Source: Lama guanicoe (lineage: Eukaryota). From it: 64,000 nucleotides of DNA. The notes beneath the pieces are model-generated. The model did no database searches and had not been told where the DNA came from. It saw nothing but the letters and a program-made list of their open reading frames with translations. This document shows positions 28,861 through 42,482 of the stretch, piece by piece; positions within the stretch are counted from its first letter, which is position 1, and every line of letters begins with the position of its first letter. The translations under genes were made by a program, and so were the position numbers. The stretch covers positions 6,769,757 through 6,833,756 of the forward strand of contig MU054187.1 of NCBI GenBank assembly GCA_013239625.1, in the 5' to 3' direction.

Positions 28861-31800
28861 TCATGCTAATACAAAAACATGTAAGAAGGCACTTAATGGT
28901 GTCTTATGAATAGATATTTATTTTCTCTAATATTTTAATAAAATCACTCAGAGGTGAATAGAACTTTCTAAGTCCACATCCATTTTTAGTGTTATAATTT
29001 CACTGTAAACAATATTTTTGGAAAAGATTCTAACAGTCTGAACAATCTTCTGATATCACAAATGCTGACTCGTCTGTACCACCAAATCAACACAATCTTG
29101 GCACTAAAATTTCAGTTTTATACAGTTTAATGTTAAACCACTGTGAAGAGCAGCTGAACGAAATAACAGAATGTTCCCGGGCATTAATAGATTTCTTAAA
29201 AGTACAAATGAGCTCTCAAAAAAAAAGAAAAAAAAAAAGGAAAGAAAAAAGAAAAACTAAAACTCAAAAAGTCCAACTCATCAGGTAAAGTAAGATGGGA
29301 GGAAGCCTAATGGCATTTGGTGTTATGCAAATTTGGTTGAACCCTTTCTATCTATCGAATCTTCGAGAATGAAGGTTTAACATATCAAATCTTCAAAAAT
29401 GTAGACAGCACACTAAGATGTCTCATATGAAGCTAAAGTGTCAAAGAAAACATAACTATATCCTAAGACACTACATGAACTTTTTTACCCTGTATCACTG
29501 GTCTTACCACATTTTCATGATTCACAAACTTAACCATGAACGTTCAACTTTTGAGGACTAGGTCAAGTACATCCCCCTAGGATTTTGGTTATCTTCTTTT
29601 CTATAAAATTTAGACTCTTGGCATCAGTATCAGTTAGAGTTCTTTGTCACAAACAACAGAAACTAGTTCTAATTGGAGCAAAAGGCATTTGTTTGCAAGA
29701 AAGGATTAGGGATGTGGGTGTGTGCCATCCTCTGGGCAGAGTCTCACAGAATCGATACAAACCTAGCATAGCAGGTTTGGAAGCAGAAAAAAGGCAAAGG
29801 GAGAAACAAAGGGCCACAGACATGCGTACAACCAGACACAGGTCGCACAATGACCATCTCTAAACATGAACAGCCTGGGCAGGAACCCCGCCCCCCCACT
29901 TCAGGGGGACTGAAATACCTTCAGCATCCCTTCTCCATCACCTCGCTCAGTCAAGTTGCCAGTTCCCAGGAGATATGGACCATATGGTGAGATAAAAGCA
30001 ACACGCAGGGGAAGAAATGTCTCTGGCTGGTGCATCTTTATTGAGAAGTGACACCTGAATTTACTCTCCCTAAAGAAATTGGGGTACTATTAGGGACTCT
30101 ATCCAGACCAAACGGTATAACTGGCAACCGCAGTATCTGTAGATCAGGGATCCAAAGTTATTCTTAGGTCCTCAGATAGCCAGAATACTAAAGGAGCAAA
30201 CAGCATCATTATTGCCATTTTGTTCCGTTATTTTAAGCAGCTCAGAAAATTAAAATGTTTCCAGAAATACACTTCTCAAGGGTAACGTGCTATTACTCTG
30301 GTATGACAATTGGGGGGAGGAGTTACTTAGTGATAATACTTCTGATCATGCTGTGTGGCTCTTTGAAACATTGTGGGAGGAAAAAGCTTACAACTGCAAG
30401 TCCCCAAGCTACATTCTGCCACTTAAGGAGATTGGCCCATTTAAGTACCATGCAAATAATAAAAAGCAGCCTTCCTAAGAGAAAAGAGCTGACTTCTCAA
30501 ATTCACCTTTAAGGAGGGTATAGCAGGTAAAGTCAGTTAGCTCATGAAAAATGCTTTTATTGGAGATACCACACTGAGCAAGAAAAACAACGTAGCATAT
30601 TTATTTCAAGTCTTCGTCCTTTAGGTTTCTAATAAGCAATGTGATTTCTTGTTCTCGTCTGTAGAATCTGGCATGAGGAACCTGTTTTCCGAGTGCCTTG
30701 CCTTGCTTTCTTGGATTATTTAAAGCTAGCTGAAGAAGAAGTTCATCCTTGGGCTAAATGCCTGCGGACAAAAGCCTTAAGGTTTGCGCAATTGTAGCTA
30801 AGCAACACAAAAGAGATGGTAGCCGGAGGAAAGGGAAAACGCATCATTGTTCTTTAACTACCAGCCCATTTCCTTAACACTCAAAAGAATAGTAATAGAA
30901 GAGCAATCCCACTTTCCTATAAGCAGCCCTTTGTGAATGTAATTCACTAGTACAATATCTAAATACTCAGTGGGTTCTGACAGTTCCATCCATCACAATG
31001 CACCCTCACCATGTCAGTGCCTCCAAGGAATAGATACAAAATGACAGTCATTCAACTAGTCAAACAGAAGGAGCTAGGGAAAAAAATATATTTATAAAAC
31101 CTGAAGTCACTTAGCCCCTTGATACAGCTCTGCAATGTGTATCTTTTCCCCTTATCCTTTGTTGTGTGTGTACAAACCAGCATGATTAGATACTTTGCAC
31201 ACATTTCTACAACAAAACTCGTTTCTCTAAAATGGAAAAAAATCTAAAGTTTGAAAAAAGCTATAGCTATATTAAAATTGGTTTAGATTCTGTTATGATC
31301 TAGGCAGGGTTAGTTAGAAATTAAGGTTAAAAAAGAAGTGCCACCTCTTCACTTTGTCTTTTTCTTTATTGTTGTTGAGAAGCATAGCCTAAAATTTTAG
31401 GCAGGTAGAGAATCAAAGTAAGACTCAGTTATAGCATTTTCTCTAACTTTTTACTTTTATATAATAGTTCTACAAAAATGTTAACTACATTTATATGCAC
31501 ATTAAAGGAAAGTGGTTATTGATTCACTGTAAAACGGGTGATAATAATATGGATATATTCATCCATATATCTGTAATTTAAAAATTAAAAATAAACTGAA
31601 AGTTACCATTCTCTCCCTTTCTTTTCCCAAGTTTATTTTTAAATAACTTGCACCATGTATATCAACATTTAGTGTGATAAGATGTTGACTTAGTAAAGAG
31701 TCTAATTTTTGATTCAGCTGTCTTATCACAGACTATGATGTAAATGTATGGATTCCCAAATAAACACATTTTTATTTAACATATCATTGAGGAAGACAGT

Positions 31801-32449
31801 TTGAGTGTTGTAACAGAAACAAGACTGAGTAGAAAGTAAAAAGACTGCTCCGATCTCAAATTCTTCTCTGCAGTTCATGAAACTTGTTAATATCTAAGTT
31901 TCAAAATAGAATTTCTCTGTCCTATTGCATATAATATGGATTTTTATTTTAATAATATTAAAATGGACACTACTGAAAATCTTTAAGGGTATTATTTCAT
32001 TCATTCCACTAGTATTTACACAGGTCTAGCTCAGTCTTAAACACTGGAGATACACTGATGAACAAGACAAAGACCTTGACCTCTGGGAGCTGAAGCTCTA
32101 AGTTGGGGGGACAAAAGTCAAGCAGAAAACAAGCGATGTACTTTATGAGAGACAGGCTTGATGATGAAAAATAAAGCAAGAGAAGAGGAAAGAGAATGCC
32201 ATTACGGGTGCAGGGTCAGGGAGAGGGCGTTTGAAGGAGAAAGACAGTAAGGTGATGTGGGATCAGAACACGTCAGGTACAAGGGGAAAAGCACTGGAAG
32301 TTACTTCTATCTGGGACAACACAGTAATTTAACAGGACTCACAAGTGTCTGTGAACTACCTAAATAAACGCCACTGAGACTCAACTCACTGTGTCCCCAG
32401 CTCAGCTTCCTCATAGACTAGCATCTTCTCTCGAGAGTCATCGTCATCT

Positions 32450-33090
32450 GACACAGGGAGAAATGTGACAGAGAGGAAGAACTAATGCAGGCAGAGTTCT
32501 AAACCTATTTTGTGAGTCTAGAGGCCCTCCTGCAGTTTGAACAATCTCAGCCGCTTTAAGTGGAACCGGAGGCTCTTTTGCTTGGATAAAACCCTTAAAA
32601 TATGTCTTTAAGTTTCTTAGAAAACTTTTTACCTCGTTGAAAGGTGTTTCTAGACACTACCCTAAATCTTTTATAGATCTTAACAATTTTTTTATAGCCA
32701 TACTCTTGATTTGATCTTTACCATTAAGAATTTTACTGCATGGAGAGGTGGAATGTGAAAAAGTTTTATTTTCTAACTCGTTCAGTCCTGAGCCTTTTAA
32801 ATTTCCTCTAAATTCTGCTTTAGAACTATACAAGTCTTTCTTTAACTCAGCTCCCTCTTCCCACATGTATCATAAAAGAAATGCAAGTTCATTCCGTACT
32901 CCCTCTCTTCCAAGTTGCTGCAGGTGTTTATTTTGTCCGTTGCTGTTCTCCTACATGTAATTCAAGTTTTTCCAAATTTGCAAACTTTTCTGAATTTGCA
33001 GCCAGCTTCTTCATTGTTTCTCCAGCTTCTGCCTAGTCCCAAAGCCAAAGCCACATACTTTAACCGCCCACATGTAGCTTCCAATTTCAT
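32450..33090 (-). mobile_element. MaLR internal (MLT-int-like) relic
   Basis: tttctagacactaccctaaatctttt...cttctgcctagtcccaaagccaaagccacata resembles MLT1-int; adjoins an MLT1 LTR. Confidence 0.45.
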
Positions 33091-33530
33091 CATCAGTATG
33101 TCTCACAGCATAAAAACGACCCCAAAAGTCAGTTGCTTAAAACAATCACCATTTATTTGACTTCTAATTTTTGTGGATCAGCAGGTTAGACCGGGATCAG
33201 CCCAGGGAATTTTTTTTTTTTTTTTTGCGTGTCTCGGTTGCACTCAATCCTCGGTCTCAATGGTATCCAGCAAGGGATCTCCCTTACTGGGGTTAATCCG
33301 CTGGGCACGTTCACCGGGGGCGTGACCGGGCCATGTGGTTGTTTTCATCATTCCTCGGGCAAGCTCAAGCTTGTCCACGCAGTGCAGAGAGCTCTCAGGA
33401 GCAGTAATGAGGAAGCGCTAAAACGCAAGCGCTTTTACGCTTCTGTTTATGTCACTTTTGCTGCTGTTTCATTGTCCCAAGAAAGTTACAGGCCAGTACG
33501 GATTCAAGAGGAGTGGAGAAAGCGCTTCTT
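33090..33530 (-). mobile_element. MLT1-type LTR, unusually CpG-rich
   Basis: cccaaaagtcagttgcttaaaacaatcaccatttatt...tttgtggatcagcag...ggattcaagaggagtggagaaa. Confidence 0.65.
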
Positions 33531-35024
33531 ACCATTTGTCATCTTCCGTTCCCTGCAACTTGTAAGTTTCCTTTGCCCTTTCCATTTTCACTTTACTCTT
33601 TTGTTAGCCACAGCGTCTTAAGAAATGTTACAGTTTTTGTTAGGTTTTTTTTTTTTTTTTGAGATCTTTCTTGTTTGAAAACGTCCTTATTGTACCCTTG
33701 CTTAATGCATGCTTTGCCCGGGTATATACTCTAAGTAGGAAATATTTGTCTTGCCAAAATTTGAAGGTTTCCCTCCACTGTCCACTGTTGAGTAAGGTCA
33801 AGAGATTCTAAATGTTGAGGTTTTGTATTTGACCTGACTCTCTTAAATTAAGAACCTGTGACTCAGTTTCATTCTCTTAAAAAAAAAAAAAGGCTAATAA
33901 ATCTCCCTTTCTCAGTGTGCTATGTGAAATAACCCAGGAAGGTAACGTGTGGACAGTGCTTGGTGGAGGCCTGGCATCTAGGACTTCGCCATCTGCTACC
34001 AGCATATTTAAAACCAAGGAACAAGGGTTTTTTATGAACCAGCTTCCTCCTCATTATCCCACAGAACCAACCTCCTCAAAACATCCTCAGGAATATTTTG
34101 CAAATAGACTCACTGAAAAGGAAAAAAGGTTGGTTTTGGAGCTTTATTTTTGTCCTGTGATTTTTGGAAGGGAAGTTTCCCTGACTTTACCAGAAGTCTT
34201 TATCACTTTTTTGCAAAATAATCTTGGTTCAGCCAATGCTCGGCAGTGCCTTAGACTAAGCTGCTGGATCAGAAGTGAGAGGAGAGTGTTTGGAACACAG
34301 GTCAGCCACGCAAATGTTGATTCTGTTAGGAGAAATTTCGGATGATAATTCTTATCATTGAAGGCCCAGACTTCCATTACAGAAGTGATCCCATTAAAAA
34401 AAAAAATACGAGTTGGCATTATTGAGCTGCCATGAAAATCTGAAAATTGTTATAAAATATGCATTCCAAACCTTCCACAAGGAAGATGGTTGTCTGCCAT
34501 GCTAATTAGTGCTGAATATTGGAGGATTAGGGAAGTTGATCCAACATGAGATTTAAAAATCCTCACTCTGTTTTACCTCTTAGTGTTCCTCCTTCAGCAA
34601 TTCAGATGATAAAGAGGTGTTTAAAAATGACAGAGCATCTCATTGTCATGCAAATAGGAATATAAAGTGTGAATAAAAATTAAGTCACAAGTTATAAACC
34701 AAAGAAAAATAAAAAAAAACATTAAAATTGTTCTGAAAACCCCACTTTTCCCAGAGGAAATTAATTTTTGCAAACGCGTTCCCTTTTCCTTTCAGAAAAG
34801 AATTTAATCTTTCAGGTGCAGTTAAGAAATCAGAAAACACACTCAAATGAATTTTGACTTTAAACCTATACGTCTTATTGTTTACCGTAGGTATCCTGTG
34901 AGTTTAAAGAGGAATATGAAGTCTCAACCAAGATCCTGCAAAAACACAAAGCAGAAAAAGACGTGGCAAAAAAAATTATTTTTTCATTTAAAGAGTATGT
35001 TATTTTAGCCAATCATCTCTGTCA

Positions 35025-35250
35025 TTTGGTACAAACTTCCAGTTATAAAATAAATTGTCAGGGGGATGCAATGCACAGCCTAGCCTACAGCGTCAATAAT
35101 ATTGTAATAACTTTGTATTGTGACAGATGGTTACTAGACTTAAGATATGATCTGTTCGTAATGTATATAAATGTTGAATCACTATGTTGTATACCTGAAA
35201 CTAATATGATTTTGTATATCATCTACACTTCAATACAAGAAAAGAAAAAG
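35025..35250 (+). mobile_element. L1 3' end fragment (L1MA9/artiodactyl-like)
   Basis: tacaaacttccagttataaaataaat...gaatcactatgttgtatacctgaaactaatat...acttcaata followed by an A-rich tail. Confidence 0.85.
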
Positions 35251-37149
35251 AACCTCCCACCCCAAAATGTCACAATTGCTAGGAGCTTTTGATCAGTTTC
35301 AGGAGTGCTCCTCAAACACTCCTAATCACGAAAGAGGAAAATACCAGTTTTATGTCTGGTTTGTCTGCTATGAATTTTTGTTATCAAAATATTCTCCTCT
35401 AGAACAGTAAACTTTAAATGATACTTTTCCAAGAAAATATAGAGATTTATTTTATTTTAAAAAGGAACTTGATTTCTATTGATGTGTGTATGAAACAGGA
35501 AATTCTACACTGTTTTATGACACATGAAGAATATACTTCCCTTCGGATAAATCAAATTTTCTGAAAAAAATTAAAGTGAGAGAGTGTAGTTTCATGTTTC
35601 AGTTACTCTGATGCAGCAGAGATGTGCTAACAGTTGTGCAATTTACCAATGATGATGATTATTTTTATAACTGTATGAATTTAAGATTAGTTGAATATAC
35701 TTAGCTCTCTCATTCAGTCCTTGGTAGCAGAATTTAAGCCATGGCATCATTTCCTCTTATTTTGAGACTCAATGCACTGAAAAGTGTATAAATTATTTCT
35801 CTAGCACTTGTTTGATTACACTCTTATAAGGGCAATCTAGTAAGTGGGAAAGGTTCTAGAAGAGATTAAGGATTCAATCAATGTCATTAAAGTTACTGAA
35901 TTACACCAACTGAAATGCTGTCACAGAGGTAGCTACAATTTACATGTATGCATATTAACCTTAAATTTACATATACTCAATTTACATAGAATATTTACAA
36001 ACATTTAATTTACATGTACTCAAATTACACACACTTAAACTTGGTCTTAGAGCACTTTATATTTAGGCTGTTTTTTTTATTTTCTTAGAACCCACTAAGG
36101 ACATGACTTGAAAATTTCTGAGATTTATATTTTAAAAGCTGATTTTTACTACCGCATATTTCATTGTTTTAGAGCAGAGAGGTATTTACTCTTATTGTGG
36201 TTGGCTGGGAGGGAGAGCATCATAATGGGATGGATGAGTGTGTGGCTGCATGTGTGTGTTTGTGTTTGTGTCAGTGAGTGAGCATGTATATTCTTTTGTC
36301 CCTTTAGATGCAAACTTATTGGGTATTTGGAATTTTTGGAGTAGGTAAATCCTATATTTTTATTTCTTGAGGTTGTCTCAGGAAACCCTCATAATGACCC
36401 ACTGACATGAAATATCTGAGGGGTAGCTATGTCACAGACTGAGTAGCAGGCACTGGGGATAAGTTCGTTATTAATAGAATTGAAAAGTTGGCATTTCCAA
36501 ACAATTATTTTTTTAGCTAAAGAGGAAAATGATTAGTGATATCTTTTATTCTAACTTTTATGTTCCTTCTTTTTCCATTGTTATTACCCTTTTCAATCAG
36601 GAAAACTCTCCATTCTTCATTCATTCACTCACTTACTTGCCAACTATTTACTGACCACCTGTCCTGCACTGTGCTCAGGTCATACGGACGGAGATGAAAG
36701 CAACAGGGTTCCTGGTCCCAAAGAACTCACAGCTGATTCCAGTTGTCCAAAGGCAGAGGACAGATGGAAAACAGCAAAGCTAGAGATGATGCAGGTGTCC
36801 ACCAAGTTTTCATTAATGACAAGAAATTCAAGCATTGCTATTTTTCCCACTGCAAGAAATATGGAACTCCAGAGAAAAGTCAACACTACAGATGTAAATT
36901 TAACTTTTTTTTTTATACTTGGAACCCCCATCCAAAAATGTGAAGTTTCTAAAACAGAAGGTCTAGAGTTGATTAGGGAGTTCATTTCTATGAAGTGATG
37001 AGAAATGAAATTGGTGGCAGAAACAAAGAAGAAATAATCAAAGAGACTATCACACGGAGAATAAGAAGAGTAGGAATGTATATCCTCTGGGAGGATTTTA
37101 TTTCTAATTTCTCAAACATGGTAAAATAAATACAACAAAGATTCACTAT

Positions 37150-37340
37150 GTAATAAACGTTATCCTTTAAATAACACCCACAGCAATTCTGTGAGGTTTC
37201 AACTAATTTTTACAGAAGCAGAACTGAAGCTCAGGGAAGTCAGGTAACTTGCTCAGTCACCCAGCTATCCGGTGGCAGAATGAGAATCTGAAATTAGAAG
37301 AGGCGGGCTCTGGAGCCAGGCTGTGACCTACACGTTGCAG
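37150..37340 (-). mobile_element. MIR SINE
   Basis: tttacagaagcagaactgaagctcagggaagtcaggtaacttgctcagtcacccagcta. Confidence 0.75.
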
Positions 37341-39669
37341 CCTCCACACACACCTGCTGAGAATCCTCCAGGAGCTGCCCTGCTCCACTCCTGTAGCCGA
37401 GGGCCGTTCCGTCTCAGGTCCTTGGCCTCCCCCTGCAGAATAGACAGAAATGGAACATTTCCCCTCCGGTAGGAAAAACATGACAGGAATGCATTTTAAT
37501 TAAATTTGAGTAGAATTTCTATTCCAATAAGGGTGTGAATTTATTCTCTTTCGTACTCCTTCAGGACCATTTAAATCCTATCTCCTAATTAAGAATTTTG
37601 CTCCGAAGTTGTACTAGTGCATGCTTTGCTCTTCAAACTCTGTTTCAATCTAACAGAATATATTTTCAAACTTACAGAACTGAAAAGAATAAAGCACTGT
37701 AAAATTCATCTTCATGTACTCAGAAGAAAGCCTGGTGTCATTTTCAGCCCTGGGGCTCAGCATTTCACAATGCATTTTAGGGGGGCATTACTATTTCCTA
37801 AGAGTTCATCAGTAAAAAGAACTTCATTAGAAAAAAATGCTAATAATATATTAAACTTACACACGCACGGGCAAACATAGATATATATAAAATGGGAAGA
37901 CTAGTAAACAAACGTACATTTTAAAATGTGTATGATGGCTTGTTTTTAAGATAAAGGGTATGCTGTCTGAGAAAAGTCCATCTAATGAGGAAGCTCAGTC
38001 CCCTGGGCGTGAACTCTAAGCAGCCTTTCCAGTGTGTTCTGGTGCTTGTCTTTTCAGCGTGCTGTGCTTTCGCATCCATGATTACATAACCATGTTATGC
38101 ATTTGACATATAGTTTTAAGATGTGACTGTGACTTTATTAGATGCCTTCTCTGCACTAACTACTTGATATGTCCCAGGAATGGAAAGACAAATAGGACAC
38201 TGAATCTGCCTGCAGAAGCCTAGCAGCTGAGCTGGTCAGAGGCAGTGAGCCAACATTCACCAGAGCATCATCAGTGTTGACACACAGGCAGACACAGGTA
38301 AAGTGATGCTTGAGTTGGATTTGGAAGGTTAAGAAATTAGGTATGGCAGAGGCTCAGGCTATCTCTAAACAGGCCAACATTTCCCCTCTGAAATTACTCC
38401 CTTTTTTACATTATGGCTACTCTAAGTTTTCAAGGAAAAGAAAAAACAATAAAAGCACAGGATTTAACCAATTGGTCTCCAAAGTCAAGTATGAATATAG
38501 AATTTTAGAATGCTTTTCAATTGGTAATAATTTTGAATATATTTATTATTTTTAGGGTCTAAAAAGCCTTAAGGGAATGGAAATATAAATTTTGTTAGCT
38601 ATCACTGTGGATGTTTGGTATAATGAAAGTGCCAGTTGCCATTCCAAAATCATGGTGAGTTCTTACCTAGTGAAGGAGTATGCCAGTAACGTAAAGTCTG
38701 AGTTCTGTCACGATAAGCCTCACATGGCAAAGTAAAAATGACAGCTGAGACAGTTTAGAGCTGAATCTGTCAGTCTTCAAAATAGTGTTTTAAAAGTAGA
38801 CCCAAAATCCCCAGGCTTTTCATATGCATCTTGTCTGTCCACTTATCTGAATGTATAATTCATCTTGTATGGTGTAATGTCAGCTCTGATGATTTGTTTT
38901 AAACAAATAATTGTGTCTTTCTGCAATCACAAACAAAAACATCCGAGTAGAGTCAGGATAATTGTCAAACAATAGTTTTTATTCATAAACTCCTTCGGTG
39001 TTTAACTTCTACCATCAAATCTACCACTTTACATTTAACTCTTAAAAATAGAGATCAAACTCTAAAAAAAGTAATTTTTCAAATAGTCTTTATTCTTTTC
39101 TTTTTTGAGGAAAAAATTAGAGGGAAAGAAAGATTGAAGCAAATTATCAGAGTTGAATGGTAACCTGTATAAGACAGAAAAAGTTGTAAGTATCAATGTT
39201 CAGCTATATTTTATTGCTAAACAAGAAGGACCTGTTGACTCTCATATGGAAAACAAAACTTCAACTTATATTTTAAATAATGACAATTAGCATATGCAAT
39301 TTCAGTGTAGGAATTATAATAAGAACCCTGGTTTACAAGGTTTAAACAGCCTGGTAAATATTGAAAATTTAATGAATTCATATGAACACTAAGAATAAAT
39401 TTAGAAATATACACTAAATTTAATTTATTCTAAAGCACAGAGAAATGATCAAACACAGGTTGTACCCCCCAATTGCATTTGAATTATAGAATCTTTGTCC
39501 CATAAATGCTCTTTGAGTAGCCATCATCCTTCAGGACATCTTATAGTTTACAGTTTTAACTGGCAAAGTAGTTTCTTTAAAATTCAAGGAAAACTTTAAT
39601 ACTAGCAAGAAACAGATCAAAATAGCTTACACTAATAAATAATGTGGTGAGAAGTCTACTCTGGTTTTC

Positions 39670-39903
39670 AACTGTTTTAGCTTCCCAAAGTAACAAAGTA
39701 CCACAAACTGGGTGGCTTAACACAACAGAAAACAGTCTCAGAATTCTGGAGGTTGGAAAGTCCAAAATCGAAGTGTCTGCAGAACTATGCTTCCTCTGAA
39801 ACCAGTGAGGAGAAGCTTCCTTGGAACTTCCTAGCTTCTGGTGGAGGCCAGTAGTCCTCATGCTCCTTGGCTTGAAACTGCATGCAGCGCTCCAATCTCG
39901 GCT

Positions 39904-39948
<45 letters not shown>

Positions 39949-40122
39949 TTCGTAAAAGGACACCAGTCATATTAAATTAAGGTCCCACTTTACTCTACTT
40001 CAGGATGACCTCATCTTCATTAATGACATCTGTAAGAATCCTGTTTCCTATAAGGCCCCATTCTGAGGTCCTAGGGGTTAGGATGTCAACACGCCTTTGG
40101 GAGAACACAGTGCAACCCATAG
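39670..40122 (-). mobile_element. MLT1 (A-D type) LTR containing a (TG)n tract
   Basis: gtaacaaagtaccacaaactgggtggcttaacacaacagaaa...ttctggaggttggaaagtccaaaatc...aaggacaccagtcatatt...ctgaggtcctaggggttagga. Confidence 0.85.
39906..39947. repeat. (GT)n microsatellite
   Basis: About 21 GT units. Confidence 0.97.
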
Positions 40123-40149
40123 TGTCCGTTGACCACTTTCTTCCTTTTA

Positions 40150-41030
40150 AAATTTTTTTTCGCTGTTTGCATTGAAATAGTTTTACATCTAGAGACTCAA
40201 AGACTGTACAGAGGATTCTTACCTACTTTCACTCAGCTTCTACTAATGTTAACAAGTTTCATAACGATGGTACATTTATCAAAACTAAAGTATTAATATT
40301 GGTAAGACTCTATTAACCAAGCTAGAGACTTTATTTTTATTTCACTCATTTTCCCACTAATACCTGTTTTAATTTCTCTGTTGTTCCAGGATCCAACCTT
40401 AGATACTAAGTTTTATTTAGTTAACTTAGTTGCCTCTCCAATCTCTGACAGTTTTTTAGTCTTTAGTTGATTTTTATGAGCTTGGCATAGAGGCTTTTGA
40501 AGAACACTGGGTATTTTGTAGAATATCCTTCATTTGGGTTTTTCTGTTGTTTCCTCACAATTGGACTAGGATTATGGATTTGGGGGAAGAATATCACAGA
40601 AGTGAAGTGCCCCACTCATCACATCATATCATGTGATACATGACACCAGCATGCTTTGTTCTTGGTGAGGCTAACCTAGGTCATTTGGTTAAGGGTCTGT
40701 CTGACAGGGTTTCTCTGCAGTAGAGTTACCATTTCCTCCTTTCCATGTTCCATTCTTTGGAAGCAGGTCACTAAATCCAGTCCATACTGAAAGGAAGGAA
40801 AATTAAGTTTCACCTGGAGGAGAGAGGAATGTGTTAAAAAAAAACTGTGGGCATAGGTTAAAACGCACACAGTAATTAGTAAATGTTTGCAAATAAATAC
40901 TTTGAGGGTAACCTTTTTCTCCTCAAAGTGTTTCTCATTGACTTTATCGTTCATCAGTGGGTCTTACCTGCAGCAACTATTACTGTGGTATCCAAGGGTA
41001 ATTTTCTAGTTTGTTCATACCATATTTTTT
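40150..41030 (-). mobile_element. L1MC-like 3' region
   Basis: tggtacatttatcaaaactaa...ttccaggatccaac...ggatttgggggaagaatatcacagaagtgaagtgccc...aggtcatttggttaagg. Confidence 0.75.
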
Positions 41031-42337
41031 TTGAAAAGCAATTGAAAAATAAGAATTTTGGTATAGGATTAAAGTAATTATATCTATGGAGATGGTTTAG
41101 GATTAAATACAATATATTTAAAGTATTTTCTTTGAAATAATATCAACTGTAAGAAACAAAGCCCATCACCACGCTTTCTCACGGCAAGTGCATTAGAGCA
41201 CTCAGTGGTGCAAAGGTACTTAATGGTCCCAGAGCAGGTGCATCGCCCTTCTACGACAGTGCTCATTTGCATATGCACATTTAATCCCAGCAGGAGGTGT
41301 GCGTTCAGGGGTCTCCCAGGGCAGAAATATAGACATTCTCAGGTAAAAGCAGTTCTTCATAAACTTTATAACCTCATCCCAAATGCCAGTTGTCAGTGAA
41401 CAGCTTTCCAGATTGACATCTTAAATCAAGAAAATGTCACACGTGTACAGTAACTGGCCTAATCTTTTCTGTAAATTGCTGCCCGTGGTTTTCAAAAACG
41501 TAGTAAATTGCTGGCAATTGACAATGTGTCTCCCTGCATGGCTACCTTCACTGCTGCACAGTTAACAAATCAGTCTTAAATTATTCATCAGATCACCCAA
41601 TGTCTTCGTTCTGATGGACAGCCTTTGATTTCAGGGACCTGAAATTCTATCTTCTATACTGAGGTAACATGTGCCACCTGATTGTTTCTATTCTCTTCAA
41701 ATGTAAAATTGAAACTGTACGCAGGAAAAATAACTCATCCTCGGTCTTAGTATCTCAGTGAATGTTGGGCACAGTTCACTAGTCAGGGCTTCTGCTGTCT
41801 GACGCTTCTCTGAAGTGGAGCAGGCTGTTTTCGTAGACTAACATTGCCTCCTAATGTTTCACATACAGAGGAGTTTTTTCCTCAATTAATTGTATAGTTA
41901 TAGGACAACAATAAAATGATTCGTTATATGTACAACCTAAAACATCAGACGGCCCATTAAGAAATGGTACGATTACACCATTGCACATGGTTCTGAAACC
42001 AGGACTAGATCATCTCAAAGAGCTCAAATGGATAGAATGTTGTTTCTAAAATAAGTTTAGGGATATTGTACTTTATTCTTTTTTTTGGTATTTTTCTTTA
42101 CTTTTGTTAGTTATATACTAAGTTATCATTTTCTTCAAGTTATTCACAAGCTTTTCTGACAGTTTATTTAACATAACATCACATTTCTTGAGGAATGGAA
42201 ACCCAGAAACTATAAAAATTATATAATTTGAATCTAACGTCACTGTTGTATATGTTGACCATATATCAAGATTTAGTTTTATTTTTTTATTTCAAACTAC
42301 AATTTTTTTTTTGCTTTTGAAAAATATTTAATGGTCA

Positions 42338-42482
42338 ATTTTTTTAACCGAAGCATTGTCAGTCTATAATGCTCTGTCAATTTCTAGTGCACAGCATAAT
42401 AGTTCAGTCACACAGATACAGACATATATTCATTCCCATATTCCTTTTCATTATAGGTCACTACAAGACACTGAATATAGTT
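42338..42482 (-). mobile_element. Short camelid/artiodactyl-type L1 3' end
   Basis: gtcaatttctagtgcacagcataatagttcagtcacacagatacagacatatattcattcccatattccttttcattataggtcactacaagacactgaatatagtt. Confidence 0.75.

Noticed and set aside
30255..30512. Exon-like ORFs after ttttaagcag
   Set aside because: No recognisable protein similarity and no consistent neighbouring exons
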